Positions 48,831 to 63,539 are shown, counted from the first letter of the stretch. The stretch is DNA of 64,000 bases from Vicugna vicugna (GCA_013265495.1 MU059126.1:9352349-9416348); one strand, 5' to 3'. Translations and numbers: made by a program. Notes: generated from the letters alone by a model not told the origin.

Positions 48831-51800
48831 GCTGTCACAGTAGGATGAAGCAATCTGTAATAATGCTGTGATATATATTCTGGGTATTCATTCTTTTATT
48901 CATTCACTTGCTATGTGAAGTAGTGTTCAGACAGGGAAAGAGATGTTACTCTGTATTTCAGGTGTGATGAATTTTGGATAGAAATTCGGGGCTTATGCAA
49001 GTGTTAGAAGCTCTGGGGAAGTAGAGATTGGGAATGGTTCACAGAGATCTCAGCCCAAAACTTTGAAGCAGGTGGTTCTGTAGAGCTCACTCAGAGCCAG
49101 CTGTGGTTCTCAAGTCTCTGAGAAACTCCCACCAACCCCCTTTGCAGTCATGAAGCATGTTTCTCAGGAGCTCATCAGGAAGCTGCTGTGAAATACCTCT
49201 GCCTGCCTATCTGGCTCCAACTGCCCTGAGGGAATAAAGGATTGTCCTTCTCTTTCACCTTCCAGATCTTACACATGTCCTTCTGGATGGCCAGTTCTAG
49301 TCTAGAACCATATGAGGTCAGGGATTCTGGGCTCTAGTCTCTGACATTGCCTCTGTGAACCAGAAGAGACCTTCGAAGGCGGTTAGTGGTAAATTCCTTA
49401 TTAAGCACCATATTAAAATAGTCTGGCAAAATTGTGGTTATTTTACACCAGGTTGGCGTATCCATTCATTTGCAGATGGCATCTAGGGAAAACCCACAGT
49501 GCTGAAGATAATGTGTGTTTCCCTCTCTTCATTGCATTCCCTTTTGAGTGAGGCCATGAAGTTGACATCTGATATTATTAACGTGAATGATAAAAATATC
49601 TTCTAGCACTGGTTTGAAATAAGGTATTGCCTTCCCTAAATCAGCTTTTCATAAATTCTGAAAACCACAAGGTCAGAAGGAAAACCGGAATCTTGTCTAG
49701 TCCTTACTTGGACTCTCAAAGAGCTGAAAAATCTTTTCATGAAGGTAAGACTGAATACGTGTGAAACAACTAGTGTTTGGCATAGATTTTATAGAACTTT
49801 AATGAAATGTCACACCAAAAGGCACAGTTAAAGACATAAACATCTGGATGAAGAGCTACCATAGTTAGAGCTCAAAAGAGCAGAGGAATACCTGCATTTT
49901 GTAGATTGTAAAATGGTAAAATGTGGTATCTCTTGTTTACCTGCAGTTCACACAGGGACAAATACAAAATTTAGACGCTTTGGATTGTAAAGTGTCATAG
50001 ATGCCACTCCTGAAAGTCAGGAGAGTCCACTCAGAGATCTTGACCAAAAGCTTCAAAGCAGGTGGGAGTCTGCTATTAATGAGGTAAAATAACTATTAAT
50101 GAAACAAACTAGCTGGTAATGCAGTGAACTGACTATTAACAAGATAAAATACCAACACTGAGCTGTGATGGAAGACCCACCACAACAAGAACCATGGCAT
50201 GCTGCCAATGCTAAATAATCACACAGACCTCCCCTCCCCCATCTTATTAGATTATTTTAATATCGTATTTGATAGAGAATAGCTCTAAGGCAGTCTCTTG
50301 GGTTGCCTATAACTGTCCCAGCATTTGGACATAACTAACCTAAGGGATCAGGAATGGCTTAGATTTTTCTCTGGTGTGGCAGCTGAAGATCACCAGTGGC
50401 TTCTGGGCAGACTAGTGTTGAGAAGGATGCTGAGCTGCATTTGAGCTCAGCATGAAAGGGTGGTTGTTTTGATGTACTATGGTTACTGTGGTGTAGAAGG
50501 GGCTACTCTGACTTGCCTTCTATGTATCTGCACTTTGTGCCTTCCCACCTTAATTTCCCTGCCTGCCAAGTAGAAATGATGCTTTCCAGCTAGCCCCTCT
50601 GTGACAGGTTAATTTCACATCTTTGTTCCTATGTCTTTGACAGACTACACATTAATATGCCTCTGTGCCTATAAAACACAACATAATATTATTTCCAAAA
50701 CACATAATAGGTGGCTTTGTTTCTCAGATCTTTGAGATCTTTTCTTCTCTTACACACAGGGCAGATCCTAGAGATACCAACAGGGACCCTGGGGATCTTA
50801 TCAAGATGGCTTTGTAAAGGTCTTGCCCTCTGTGAGAAGGAGGCTGATGAAAGCGGAGCCAATTTCAAATAAACAGTAGTATTAAATGTGAGGCTGGTCT
50901 CTCTTACCCTGCCCACACTGACATTTATTATCTGCTAGAATCACAGCAAGCTGCAATACCAAAGCAGTTGACTGGAGTTACTCAGTAAATAACATTTGAT
51001 GAAAAGAAAATGAGGTGGTAAAGAGACCCTTGAGAAATTAGAAAGTAGCCTTGTAGGGTTGCAACCTATCTATCATTTACGAAGGTGTTGAATAATACAG
51101 GAGGCCTAAAAACCAGCAGCAGCCTGCTTCCACGTCCCCAAAATACTGAATCCCATAGTCGAACAGTCCGGCTCGAGGAATTATTCAAAGCTGAGTCAAA
51201 ATAAGCTTTGATTAAGGGAGAAAAAGGAAAAAGAAAAAAGCTAATCTTCAAGTTGAACAGAAAGGCTTAAAAGAGCCGTTGCAAACAGCATGAATTATTC
51301 AGACTGGGGATATTGTGACTTGCCTTTTATACACGTAAGACTCAAATATCTGATTTCAAACCCAGTGCAAATAAATTGATTTATACCAGTTGAGCACTGC
51401 TTGAACTAGGGGAAAAGATGAGCCTATTTTCCTTAATGCCCTGGCTTTGTTTTCTGTAACAATGTGTAGTGAACTTTGAGCCCTGAGCATTTTTGTTATT
51501 GGGTTGGGATAGGCAAGAAGAGGCCTCAAGCAACAGACTTTGGTTGGGGCAAATAAATTCTTCTGGAAATGTCACCCCTGAATCACTTCTACACGTAACC
51601 TCGGGTACCCAAATGAAACAAACCAGTAAAATTGCACCTGTGTGCTCCTTCAAGAACACAGCAGGGTGGATGAAAAATATGCTGTCACTAGGTCTTGATA
51701 TTAAACATTTTTTCATTAGAGGAAAAAAACAGGTGACAGCCATCCTGTTGCTTTTCTGCTATAAAACCCCAGCTCTTCCAGGAAGACTTCCCTGACTTTC

Positions 51801-51879
51801 CTCCAGGTATCCCCTGTTCTACGTTCCCATCACACTTTATACATCATTTTCTTTCCTGTTCTGAGAGGCACCGTAGAGT

Positions 51880-52110
51880 AAACAGACCATGAGCTTCGAA
51901 ATCAACCCTGACTCCAGTTGGGCAAGTTACCTATCTTCTCTGAATCTCAGTTTCCTTGTCTGTGTAAGAGCTTCATGTGAGGGTTTATGGGCTAATGGCA
52001 GTTGCCCAATAAATGAGAGTATTTTTCTATTCATTAGACTAAGAAGTCTTAGGAATGGGGGTCCTGACTCAGTGTACCTCCCACACAGGATATACATCCA
52101 GCTGACAGGC
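51880..52110 (+). mobile_element. MIR
   Basis: gggcaagttacctatcttctctgaatctcagtttccttgtctgt. Confidence 0.6.
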
Positions 52111-52247
52111 ACATAGGAGATGATTCTTTTGAACAGATGTTCTGTGTGGCTTCCATATCATTCTGGGTCACCAGTTGTTCTTTTCACGGTGTTTCCATAT
52201 AACTTGAGGTATTTTTCTCTCCTTTTTCTTTCTTTGGTAAGTGTAAG

Positions 52248-53148
52248 TGTATTTATTTATTTATTTTTATTGAATTGTTGTCAGTTTACAATGTTGCATT
52301 AGTTTCTGGTGTACAGCATAGTGATTCAATTATACATACATATTTTTCATATTCTTTTCATTAAAGGTTATTCTGAGATATTGAATCTAGTTCCCTATGC
52401 TCTACAGTAGGACCTTGTTTATCTATTTTATATATAGTAGTTTGTATCTGCAGATCTCCAACTCCCAATTTATCTCTCCCTATCCCCTTTCCCCCTAGTA
52501 ACCGTAAGTTTGTTTTCTTGCCTGTTGAGTCTGTCTGTGTTTTGTAAATAAGTTCATTTGTGTCATTTTTTTAGATTCCACATACAAGTGATATCATATG
52601 GTGTCTTTCTTTCTTTGTCTGGCTTACTTCACTTACAATGGCAATCTCTGGGTCCATTCATGTTGCTGCAAATTCACATTATTTCATTCTTTTTATGGCT
52701 GAGTAGTATTCCATTATATAAATATACTACAGCTTTATCCAGTCATTTGTCAGTGGACGTTTAGGTTGTTTCTATGTCTTGGCTATTGTAAATAGTGTTA
52801 CTGTGAACATTGGGGTGCCTGTATCTTTTCGAATTAGAGTTNNNNNNNNNNNNNNNNNNNNNNNNNNNNNNNNNNNNNNNNNNNNNNNNNNNNNNNNNNN
52901 NNNNNNNNNNNNNNNNNNNNNNNNNNNNNNNNNNNNNNNNNNNNNNNNNNNNNNNNNNNNNNNNNNNNNNNNNNNNNNNNNNNNNNNAGGAGGGTTCTCT
53001 TTTCTCTACACCGGCTCTAGCATTTATCGTTTGTGGGCTTTTTGATGATGGCCATTCTGACCGATGTGAGGTGATACCTCTTTGTAGTTTTGATTTGCAT
53101 TTCTCTGATAATTCAATTCAATAATGATATTGAACATTTTTTCATGTT
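52248..53148 (-). mobile_element. L1 3' end (artiodactyl-type) containing an N gap
   Basis: tttacaatgttgcattagtttctggtgtacagcatagtgattca...ggccattctgaccgatgtgaggtgatacctc. Confidence 0.88.
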
Positions 53149-55304
53149 CCTATTTAGGCATTCTTCTCTTCGTTCCTTCTTTGCAGCACGTTTCAGAGTT
53201 TCTTTACATGTCGTTCTGATTCCCACAAGTAGCTTCCTGAGGCTTCTTTTATATCCATTGTATCAGATACACTACAAGTAAACAAGAATGCTTAGCTGAG
53301 TGAGAAAAGGACGGATGGACAAATAAGGGATTGGCTGGTTAGAGGGAAAGCGTAAAAGCTTAAGAAGTCGTAGTACTAAATGGAACATTAATTTTTTGGT
53401 AGTAGTTTATTGTCTGTGCTCACTACTCCTTTATACTTGTACAAAGGTCTTATTTATCCATTTATCAAATGTTTACTGAATTACAATGAGCTGGATAATA
53501 TGCTGGGGAACACAGAGAAGAATAAAGAGGGGGTAGAGAGAGAGGGAATGGATTACCCAAGGTTCATAGTTTCCCAGAGAAGCTAGAATGTGGGCTGCAA
53601 CAGAATAGATTTTAAATTCAAATGATATCGCTCCAGCTGGGCAGTCTTTGCTGGGTTTTCTGGACTTCTCACTTCAGATCAAAATCCTTGGAAGTCATGA
53701 TTCTCCATGATTTCTACCATAACTCCTCTTCCACTCTGTTCTAGCCAGTTCAGCTAAGTCTCCTCCTCCTGAAACGTGGCCTCCTTCATCCTGTCTGAAA
53801 ACTCTCCTCCACCCTTCATGTCTACCTACCATAATCTTCTCCATGTCCTTTTAAAGGTCCACCCCAAAGCTACTTCTTCCTTGGAGCCTTCCCTGAGTCT
53901 TCTAACCCCCAAACAATCTTTCTCTCCTTTAAATGCTTGAGGTACTGTTTACTTGTTGTTGACAGCAGAAATGAAAGTAGAAAAGATATCTAAGTTTTGT
54001 AAGCTGAGATTAGTAGGATACTTAAGTCAGTAAGCAGAAAGGAGGTATAGGAGAGGACTGGGTTTACCAAGATGTGGTGGCTCTGACAAGGTTCCTGGCC
54101 AGCGCTGGGGATTCCTGTGTGGAGCTCAGGAAAGGTCATGCCAGTGGCTTGGGTTTGGGTCTCATACAGAGTGGGAGAAATGAAACTTTGAAATGAATGG
54201 GACTGACGAGAAGGAACAGTAGGAGACTGAGCAAAGATTCTTAAGGCACACCTATGTTTAAGGGCTAAAAGAAGGAGCTAGAGCTCTGCAAGAAATAGGG
54301 AGGGAACTCTCTGTAACATAGACAGAAAATAGCTTATAGAGAAACCAAAAGAGGAATTCAAGAAGAAGTCAGGTAAAAAAAGGAAGAAAGAAAGGAAAGA
54401 TGACCATACTATCTACTTTCTGGGCAGTCAGTCATCTGTGTCCTTGAGGCTTAGAATATGGAGAAATTTATATTGTCGTATGACACTATAATCTCTAAGG
54501 GTCATAGTTGCAACAACCCTAAGTCCATAGTGAAGAAAGCAAGTGTTGGCTGGAATGAGCTCTCAAAGGCAGATCAGCCCAGAGTTTTATATGCAAAAAT
54601 TAATACTTCTTGGAGAAATATTTTGGAGTTTCTTAGAGGAAGTCATCAGTACTAAATGGAAAAAATGTAACATGAGGATATGGGATGTCTTTATTAATTC
54701 TTTATCCCTGCTAGGTCTCTAGTGAGCACACATGAATGTGTCCCAGATTTTACTACTAATTAATATGGATTATAAATATGGATAATATGTACAAGATAAA
54801 GTAAGTCAGTGACTGCAAATAACTCTGTAAGGCTAAGATGTTGCAAGAGTGAAAAGAGAGAAAAATAGAAATATATGGGAAGGAAATCCCATCCTAGGTT
54901 AAATATCTGGTTGACAAGTGTTATACTAAAATTATATAAGTGAGTCAACTGAATGAGTCATCCACCCAGAGAGCTACTGAATGTCTCACCAATAAACATC
55001 CTAATTTGAACATTTAATTGTTTACTCTTGTAACTTTGCTATGGGATAATTGTCTGTAGAAGCGTAAAGAATGATGTCAGTGAGAGAAAGACAAAAATGG
55101 ACTTTAATCCACAGGTTTCTGTTTTGTTCTGAAACTCAGAAGGGCAGCCCCTTCCCTCACTAACCACAGAGGCCAGCTGAGTAAAGAGTGAAACAGAGAT
55201 TCAGAGCCCCAAGGTGCAGAGAGTAGATCAGACAGTGGGTATGAGAAATGGAGTCTCATATGACGCTGCCTGGATAAGCCACAAACCATTCTAAAGAGGG
55301 AACT

Positions 55305-55990
55305 CGAGGTTAAAAACATGATGCACATGAAAAGATGCTCAGTGTCACTAATTGATAGGGAAACGCAAATCCAACCCACGAGAGATACCACCTCACACCC
55401 ATTACGATGGCTATTACCAAAAAATGACAAGTGTTGATGAGAGGGTGGAGAAATCTGAACCCTTGTGCACTGTTGGTGAAAACGTAAAATGGTGTAGCCA
55501 CTGTGGAAAACAATATGGCCGTTCCTCAAAAGATTAAAAATAGAATTACTATTTGATACCAGGATTCCACTTCTGTCCATTGACAGATGATAGGATTTTT
55601 TTCTGATGCAGTAAATACATATTATGAAATATTATTCAGTCTTGAGAAGGAAGCAAATTCTGATGCATGGATGAAATGAGGACTTTATATTAGGTCAGTT
55701 GCAAAAAGACAAATATTGTTGTGATTCCACTTACATGAGGTACCTACAGTAGTCAGATTCATAAAGACAGAAAGTAGAACGGTTGTTGCCAGGAGCTGGG
55801 GAGAGTGGAGGATGGGGAGTTGTTAGTTAATGGGCAGAGAGTTGCAGGTTTGCAAGATCAAAAGAGTTCTGGAGGTTAGTTGCACAACAATGTGAATGTA
55901 CTTAATGCTACTGAACTTTACACTTAAACATGGTTAAGGTGGTAAATTTTATGTTGTGTTTATCACCACTTAAAATTTGAAAAAAAATTT
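55305..55990 (+). mobile_element. L1MB-like 3' end
   Basis: aaagatgctcagtgtcacta...gagataccacctcacaccc...gtgaatgtacttaatgctactgaact. Confidence 0.85.
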
Positions 55991-55999
55991 AAATAGTGA

Positions 56000-56555
56000 T
56001 AATATGTATATATTCATTCATGTGACTAATATTTGACTGTCCACTATGGGCCAGGCATTGCTCTGGTGTCAGTAACTCAGTATACAACAATCCTCCCCTC
56101 ACGGAGTTGACATTCTAGCAAAGGAAGACAAACAACGTAGATGAAATATACTGTACTAGATGGAGAAAATAGAGGGGCTAAGAAGTTTCAGAATTCGGGG
56201 TGGATTGGGAAGACCTCACCTCTAAGGTGACATCTGAACAGAAACCTGACAGCCTGAGTGAGACATGGAGACACCAGGAGGGAGAGAAGTTCACACAGGA
56301 GGAACAGCAGCTGCAAAGGTAGGCAGCTGTCTCTGAGTTGGAAAGACACCAGGAGGCCACTGTGTTTGGAACTCAGTGAGGGTGGAGGTTTGGGCTGGGG
56401 GCTGAACAGACCAGCAAGGAGACCAAAGCAGAAGTACCAAAGAGATGTCAGTGGCTTGGATGAAGGTGGCTAGGATAGGGTCATCTTTAAAGTAGAGTTA
56501 GCAGGGTTTGTTGATGGATTAGGCAAAAAAATAGAAGAGTCCAGAATGACTGTAA
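56000..56555 (-). mobile_element. L2
   Basis: cattcatgtgactaatatttgactgtccactatgggccaggcattgc...aaggtgacatctgaacagaaacctga. Confidence 0.7.
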
Positions 56556-56740
56556 TGCAATGGTTCTCAACTAGTGGTACTTTTGCTCCCAAGAGTCATA
56601 AGTCAATGTCTGAAGACAGTTTTTGTTGTCATAGTTGAGGAGCCGGAGCAGTTTGCTACTGCCATCTGGCACAGGATATCCCGCCACAACAAAAAATTAT
56701 CTGGTCTGAAATGTTAGTATGTTGAGAAATCCTCCTCTAC
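56556..56740 (+). mobile_element. MER20
   Basis: caatggttctcaact...tttttgttgtcatagttg...caacaaaaaattatctggtctgaaatgttagtatgttgagaaatc. Confidence 0.75.
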
Positions 56741-59411
56741 AATGTTTGACTTAAATAATTAGACTAAATAACAAGAAAGCTAGACTAATGTTGTCAATTT
56801 GAGATCAGGCTCAATACTGAGAAACAGAGGAGAGTTATCCTAATGATAGCTAACTTTTATTAATATGCACACCGCCTCAGTGACTGTGAACAGCGCATTG
56901 GATGATCCCATCTAACTGTCACAATAATTCTGGAAGGGATATTTGACACCCTGCAACATACAGATGCAAACGCAGATGGTTTAACTGCTGGTAGTGCACA
57001 GGGCAACTTGGATTAAACCAAGGTCTGTGGACTGAAGCTCAGAGCCCTAACTGTATGTCACAGAGGCTTCCTAAATTCACCGTGTTTCCGAGTACAGCCA
57101 AACGACAGAGGCAGTGCAGTCAAAAGGTAATATGTGTATACATATATATATATAGATATATGCATACACATATGTATTTATATATATTTTTATCTAAAAC
57201 ATGAGTCCAGCAACATGAAAAAATAATCTGCACTGAATTCCTGTGACAAAGGTGCCAGGCAATCCTTTTAGCTACTGAGAGCAGCAAGAATGGTGATATT
57301 CCCACCAGCCAGGTCTTGGCATCCAGCTTTCCTACTTAAGGAGCAGGTGATGGTGAGGTTTCAGACCTTCTTTCTATATGTTCATTTTTCTGGCCTCCCA
57401 GTTACCTCGTAACTCACCAGAGCTCGTAGCCACCTGAGTAATTTTTCGATTTGCAGGAGAAATGATTAAGAACAAACAACTTGATTTCCCAGGAACTCAG
57501 ATGGACAGCAGTGTGTGCCTGCATGTTGTTTGTTGACTTCGAGGTGGCAGCTGGGGACGGGCTGGGGTGGAGGGGAGAGCAGCGAGGTTCGGCATTAGAC
57601 AGACAATGAGGGGCAGACGACCGTGCCTAATGTGCATCCAGCCTCCAGGCTAGGAAACAAAGACGAAGGGAACCCCTTCCACACGCAGTGACAGAGAGGG
57701 CAGCGACTCTGCCCCTCTGCATTTCCACTCCTTTCCAGGACTTGTGAACCATGTTGAGCAGGAAACGAAAGGAAATGACAGGCAAGAAACAAACGTCGCA
57801 CATGCTCCTTTTCCACTACGACACCATCTGCTGTCAGACTAGTGACCATTCCTGAATTACTTCACTCTTCTTTTGCTTTTCCGTACATGTTTTGAATGAT
57901 AAGCAATATTTGGCAGACAGGGCTGGCTTTTAGACTTGGAGTGAAATTCTCAGGATCATCCTAGATCAGTGATGGATTTGCTTCTAGCACTACCTCCCCT
58001 CAGTACCTGGCATATAGGAGACACTGAATAAGTAAGACACTTAATGTATAAGCCCACCTAACTCTGCACTTTAAGACTTGGATGGAGTCTCACCTCCTCC
58101 ATGGTGCCTTAGAGAACCTCTCTGTTCACACAGATCTCTCCGCCTAAATCCCATCATACCTACCACCTGTGCTGCTCATTCATTCAGAAAAAAAATTTTA
58201 TTCAGAAAAAAAATTTAATTTTTTTAAATAGGTGTCTGTTACTCTCCTAGGAGCTGAGAATACAGCAGTGACCAGCAGACAAAAATCCCTGCCCTCCCAG
58301 AGCTGATGTTCCAGTCGCTCATTTTATTAAATATGCCTCCAAACACTGGTTAAATTGTTGTGGATTTATTTGCCTCTGCAAGTAGACTGTAAATTTATTT
58401 TAAAACATAGACTTATATTCATCTTTTGGTACTCTGTGCTTTGAATAGCATATCTTCAAAACAGGAGGAGCTCATTAAATGTTTGTTTCAGAGTTCAGGA
58501 ACAGAGGCATTCTCAAATCCTGCCAGGAACATGCACACAGGAAATCCTTTGTTGGTGATTCTTGCTCAGGATGGGTGATGATTTCCCCTAGTTAGCAAGT
58601 TAGAGTCTCCACGTAGGGTGGATTCATGAAGTAAACAGTCTCTCCTTTAGCTTTAGAAAATACCATGGCTAGAGGGGGACTGTTGCAAGATGAGCCCAGC
58701 ATCAGTTGTTAATGGAGGACTAAGTTTGTGCTTACTGTTCGTGTTTTTCATCTCCTGTGAACTCTATAAGCTGGTTCTATATCTGAAAAATGGAGATTTG
58801 CCAAGTGGGCTGTGAATGGTGCTCATGTCACATGAGGTCCCATGTGATACAAGCACAAGGTGCTGTGATTATCGGCTCTGAGCAGAGGGAAGCTGGTGGT
58901 TACGTGGTGGTTCCGGCAGCTTCTTGAGCTGCTGTTTTAGAAAAACAGAGAACCATTTGGAAAGCCCAAATCTCAGTTGGACCTTATTAGCATCTGTGTA
59001 AGAGGTATCACTTCAGAGAAGGGTTGCAAGGGAGAGCCACCACTACCACCCAAAATAAATCCCCCTCCTGCCTGCTTTGCTTGAGATAGAATATTTTTTA
59101 CACAAATTAAGTGAAGCTTAAAAATGCAACTATCCATAGAAAAAGTGATAACATTAACTCCAAGAGAAAAAACAACTTACTATGAAATCTCCAGTGGACT
59201 CTAAAGGCTTCATTTATTATACCTAAGACCAGACCATCCCAGATAAATCCATGCTTTGTAATCTAATCCCACTTGTACAAAGAAGAAAACATCTTAAACA
59301 AGTGCCGAATTCATCTCCTATCAGAGATTTCTACTTTTTAATTAGTTGATACACATTTTTTGTCAAAAACCCCAATAAACCTGTATCAAGTGATGGAAGT
59401 TGGAAGATTAC

Positions 59412-60500
59412 TTTTTTTAACATTTTTTATTGATTTATAATCATTTTACAATGTATCAAATTCCAGTGTAGAGCACAATTTTTCAGTTATACATGAACAT
59501 ACATATATTCATTGTCACATTTTTTCTCTGTGGGCTACCATAAGATCTTGTATTTATTTCCCTGTGCTATACAGTATAATCTTGTATATGTATTCTACAG
59601 TTTTGAAATCCTAGTCTATCTCTTCCCATCGCCTGCCCTCTTGGCAACCAACAGTTTGTATTCTATGTCTATGAATCTATTTCTGTTTTGTATTTATGCT
59701 TTGTGGTTTTTTTTTTGAATTCCACATATGAGCGTTCTCATATGGTATTTTTCTGTTTCTTTCTGGCTTACTTCTCTTAGAATGACATTCTCCAGGAGCA
59801 TCCATGATGCTGCAAATGGTGTTATGTTGTCAGTTTTTATGGCTGAGTAGAATTCCATTGTATAAATATACCACCTCTTATTTATCCAGTCATCTGTTGA
59901 TGGACATTTAGGCTGTTTCCATGTCTTGGCTATTGTAAATAGTGCTGCTGTGAACATTGGGTGCAGGTGTCAACCTGAAGTAGGGTTCCTCCTGGATATA
60001 TGCCCAGGAGTGGGATTCCTGGGTCATATGGTACGNNNNNNNNNNNNNNNNNNNNNNNNNNNNNNNNNNNNNNNNNNNNNNNNNNNNNNNNNNNNNNNNN
60101 NNNNNNNNNNNNNNNNNNNNNNNNNNNNNNNNNNNNNNNNNNNNNNNNNNNNNNNNNNNNNNNNNNNNNNNNNNNNNNNNNNNNNNNNNNNNNNNNNNNN
60201 NNNNNNNNNNNNNNNNNNNNNNNNNNNNNNNNNNNNNNNNNNNNNNNNNNNNNNNNNNNNNNNNNNNNNNNNNNNNNNNNNNNNNNNNNNNNNNNNNNNN
60301 NNNNNNNNNNNNCTTTTGCCTATTTTTGGATACGGTTGTTTCGTTATTTCTTATTAAGTCACATTAGCTGCTTATATTCTGGAGATCAAGCCTTTGTTTC
60401 ATTTGCAAAAATTTTCTCCCATTCCGTAGGTTGAATAAACAAATGGGACCTAATGAAACTTACAAGCTTCTGCACAGCAGAGGAGACCATAAGTAAAACA
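59412..60500 (-). mobile_element. Young lineage-specific L1 3' end with a twin-priming 5' inversion
   Basis: The ORF at 59694-59957 encodes the ORF2p C-terminus (MFTAALFTIAKTWKQPKCPSTDDW). A sense-oriented piece lies at 60434-60500. TSD ggaag(a/g)ttac(t/a)tttt at 59402-59416 and 60501-60515. Confidence 0.88.
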
Positions 60501-63500
60501 GGAAGGTTACATTTTTAGTCCTAAATGGTATATTTAATGTAGAGTTTGGGCAGAAGAATTTATATATGTATAATTTTCCTTTTTGTTAGTACTTTACCCA
60601 GTTTTACTGCACGTATTACCAATGAGTAACCTCTTTTTCCACTTCATCTACCACTTATAAGCAGATTTTTTTCAGCAGTAAGCAGTACAGTATGTCATCC
60701 ACGGTTGGTTTAATCCGTAGTTGTAGAACCCGATACAGAAGACCAACTACTAAGTTACAGGTGAATTTTCTGCTGTTAGGAGGGTGGGTGCCCCTAAGCC
60801 ACATTGTACAAGGTATTCTTGAGGCTGTCATTATAAAAAAAAATACTCGTACTCAAAATGAGAATGAGATTACAAACAAGTTGCCTAACCTTTGTGTTTG
60901 TGTATTGGTGTACTGGTTTGTTTTCAAATCAACCTGTTTTCAGAAGTTGTCTTCTCATAGTTTTTGTTCCCACAGCAGTTTGCCTATACTTTGGCTTTTG
61001 CATTTATCATATTGTACTGTGATTGTTTGTTAAATAAATGTGTTAAATTATTTGTTCAGTCTCCTCCTCCAGACACTGAACTCCTCCAGGCTAGAGGCTG
61101 TCTTTCTCTTTTGTGCTCATTTTTGCATCCACAGTGTCGAGTACCCCACCTCGCACAAAGGAAGGTTCCTTACATTTTTATTGACTGTATACTTCAAATG
61201 TCCTGAGTTCTTATCTGTCGATAAGAGTTCTGATCATAACTCACTTCTTTCTCACTGCAAGAACAGATTCAGAATCCAAAGATCTTTTTCCCACTCTTAA
61301 ATCAAGATTAGGTTTTTGAATAAGAGTTGGTTGGTTTATGTGAGTTAGAGTCAGTATAAGTGAACATAGAATTTTCCCCTCACTTATGTTCATCCATTGA
61401 AAATGGAATGTCTCTCCCACATCCATTTTGTGTTTGCCTTGTAATTTTTTTTCCTCATCTCTTTCTCAGTATCTCATATGTATAATAATGGAAATCCTTT
61501 CTTATTCACCTTCGTACAGCTGCCTTAAGCTCCACCGCCTTTAGGAGTACATTTGTATTCAGAGGCCCCAGTGGTAAATAATTTCAACAGGCTGAAGCTC
61601 TTTAATCCTATTTTGTATCTAAAAGGCATGCTCCACACTATCTTCTGCCATCTCTTGAGAATCCAATTTCCTAAGGTTATATTCCTGAGACTGAATGGAA
61701 ATTTTCAAAACCGCGAGTTCAAAGTTAAGTATCAAATTCAAACAAAGCCCAGACAATCCAGGCTGAGACTGATTTGTGCGGCCACAAACAGCAACCAAAT
61801 CTTCCTGTGGCTATTTGTATAATAACTATGATTATGGCTTAGCAAAGTCAAGTTTCTCTCCTCTGGCCCCAAGCATTTGGAGCTGTTTTTCCTAAACAGA
61901 ATTTTTCGAGAATGGAACATTCACAGTAAAAGCCACCAGAACGTGATAGCAGATACCCATGTAACTACTAGGTATCAAAACAGTAGGACAAGATTTGAGA
62001 ATAAATTCAGCTATAAATCAAAGTGCTGTAACTGAGAAAACAAACTAGCATGTAGGTGGAAACCTACTGAGCACAGCTAATGGAGGAAGCTTCTAGTCTC
62101 CAGCTCCTAACTTTCACAACCAACATGCAAAGGTCAAGTGGAATTTTCTGAGCCTTGTTTTTTGTTTTTTTGTTTTTTTTTTTTTTTGGATCTGTGAAAT
62201 ACGGAGATGAAGAAATCAGTGCGTGCGTGTGTTTTGTTTTTTAGTAAATGTAATGAAAATTAAAAAATAAAAATAAATCAAGCAGATAAAAAGACCTTAA
62301 GCTGCAGGTTTTCTGAAGTTAAGCATTAATTCTACAATCACTAATTGACCAACACTATTTCTAATTCCTTACAAGCACCCTCACTACTTATTGGATTTTA
62401 AAAATACTTTTGGAGAAATTGGGTCTTTCTTAGAAAGCATATCTGCTTGACTGTTGTAACTGACAGATTTACAAGCATGTTATCTACCTCATTTCTGGGG
62501 GTTATTAACATCCTGAATATCTGTTTTTTATTGAAAATTTTCAGTGCTATAATGGTAGTGTGTTAGTGCAGACACTTATTTCTGCGTCATGTGGAAAGTT
62601 AGAATTAAAATCGCCTGCCCATCAGTGTAACCAGTACAGATAAATATAGGAATTACACACCACCATAGCTTTCATTCTTGAAAGTCCAGGATAAAACATG
62701 GACCAAATAAATGCAAATCTACCAATATCAATTCACCCGAGTCCTACAGCCTCTTAGCCAACCAACCCTTAAGCTATAAATACAATCGAAAGAAGGAAAT
62801 AAAAACCCAGATAAAATAAATGTTTAATAAGGAAGTTGGGGAACATAAAATGAACGATAAGACTACAATTATTTTTTTTTAGACAAGGTTGCTTTAATAT
62901 TCTAACTTTCATATGTGCAGATTCTAAATTTCTTCAGAAGTTCGAATTATCCATATAATTAGAGATGGAAAAAAATGCCATTTCTGTACATCCCATCCTA
63001 GACATAATAGGACTCATGAGCTAATTCTCTCTAAAAGGGGGCCGACTGTAACTATACGCAGTCCATAGACTGTTGGTCTCAGCTCAGAATGCATCTGTGG
63101 AAAGGTCTCTGCTGCCCTCTACTGTCTCTAAAAGCAGAGGACAAGAGGAAGAGAAACAGCTTAAGCACCTCTGAATGAGAAATGATGGGAACCTCTCATC
63201 ACCGGAAGGCCAGACAATGCCTCTCCCAAGAAAAAAAGACCCCTGTAAAGATCCTTGAGCTATAAGCTGTCCAGTCCTTCAGTGTAACTGAAGAATGTAG
63301 AAATGTGGGGGGAGCTAAGGCAGCATGGAAGTGCCAAGACTAGGAGATGACACAGTCCATCTAGATGAACAAACTTTTGTTTTTAATTGACTGTGATCCA
63401 AAAAGTTGGTTATAAGAAAAACACAAATTCATTCCACCTGTCCATACATTTTTTTCCACAATAATAAAACAGAACAACAACAACAGAGGACATGATACCA

Positions 63501-63539
63501 GATTAATATGCTGTAAAGAAAAGTAAAGCAGAGTAAGAA

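Larger units (their letters stand above)
3411..60312. other. Six N gaps: 3411-3550, 6236-6391, 9729-9884, 14188-14351, 52842-52987, 60036-60312
   Basis: Seen directly; lengths 140, 156, 156, 164, 146 and 277 nt. Confidence 0.98.

Noticed and set aside
50427-50453. Hairpin with 10-bp arms, atgctgagct-gcatttg-agctcagcat
   Set aside because: Within chance expectation and without supporting context.
52558-60434. Several ORFs of 60-160 aa between 52.5 and 60.4 kb
   Set aside because: They are sense or antisense frames of L1 relics; only the ORF2p C-terminal remnant is meaningful, and it is not a host gene.
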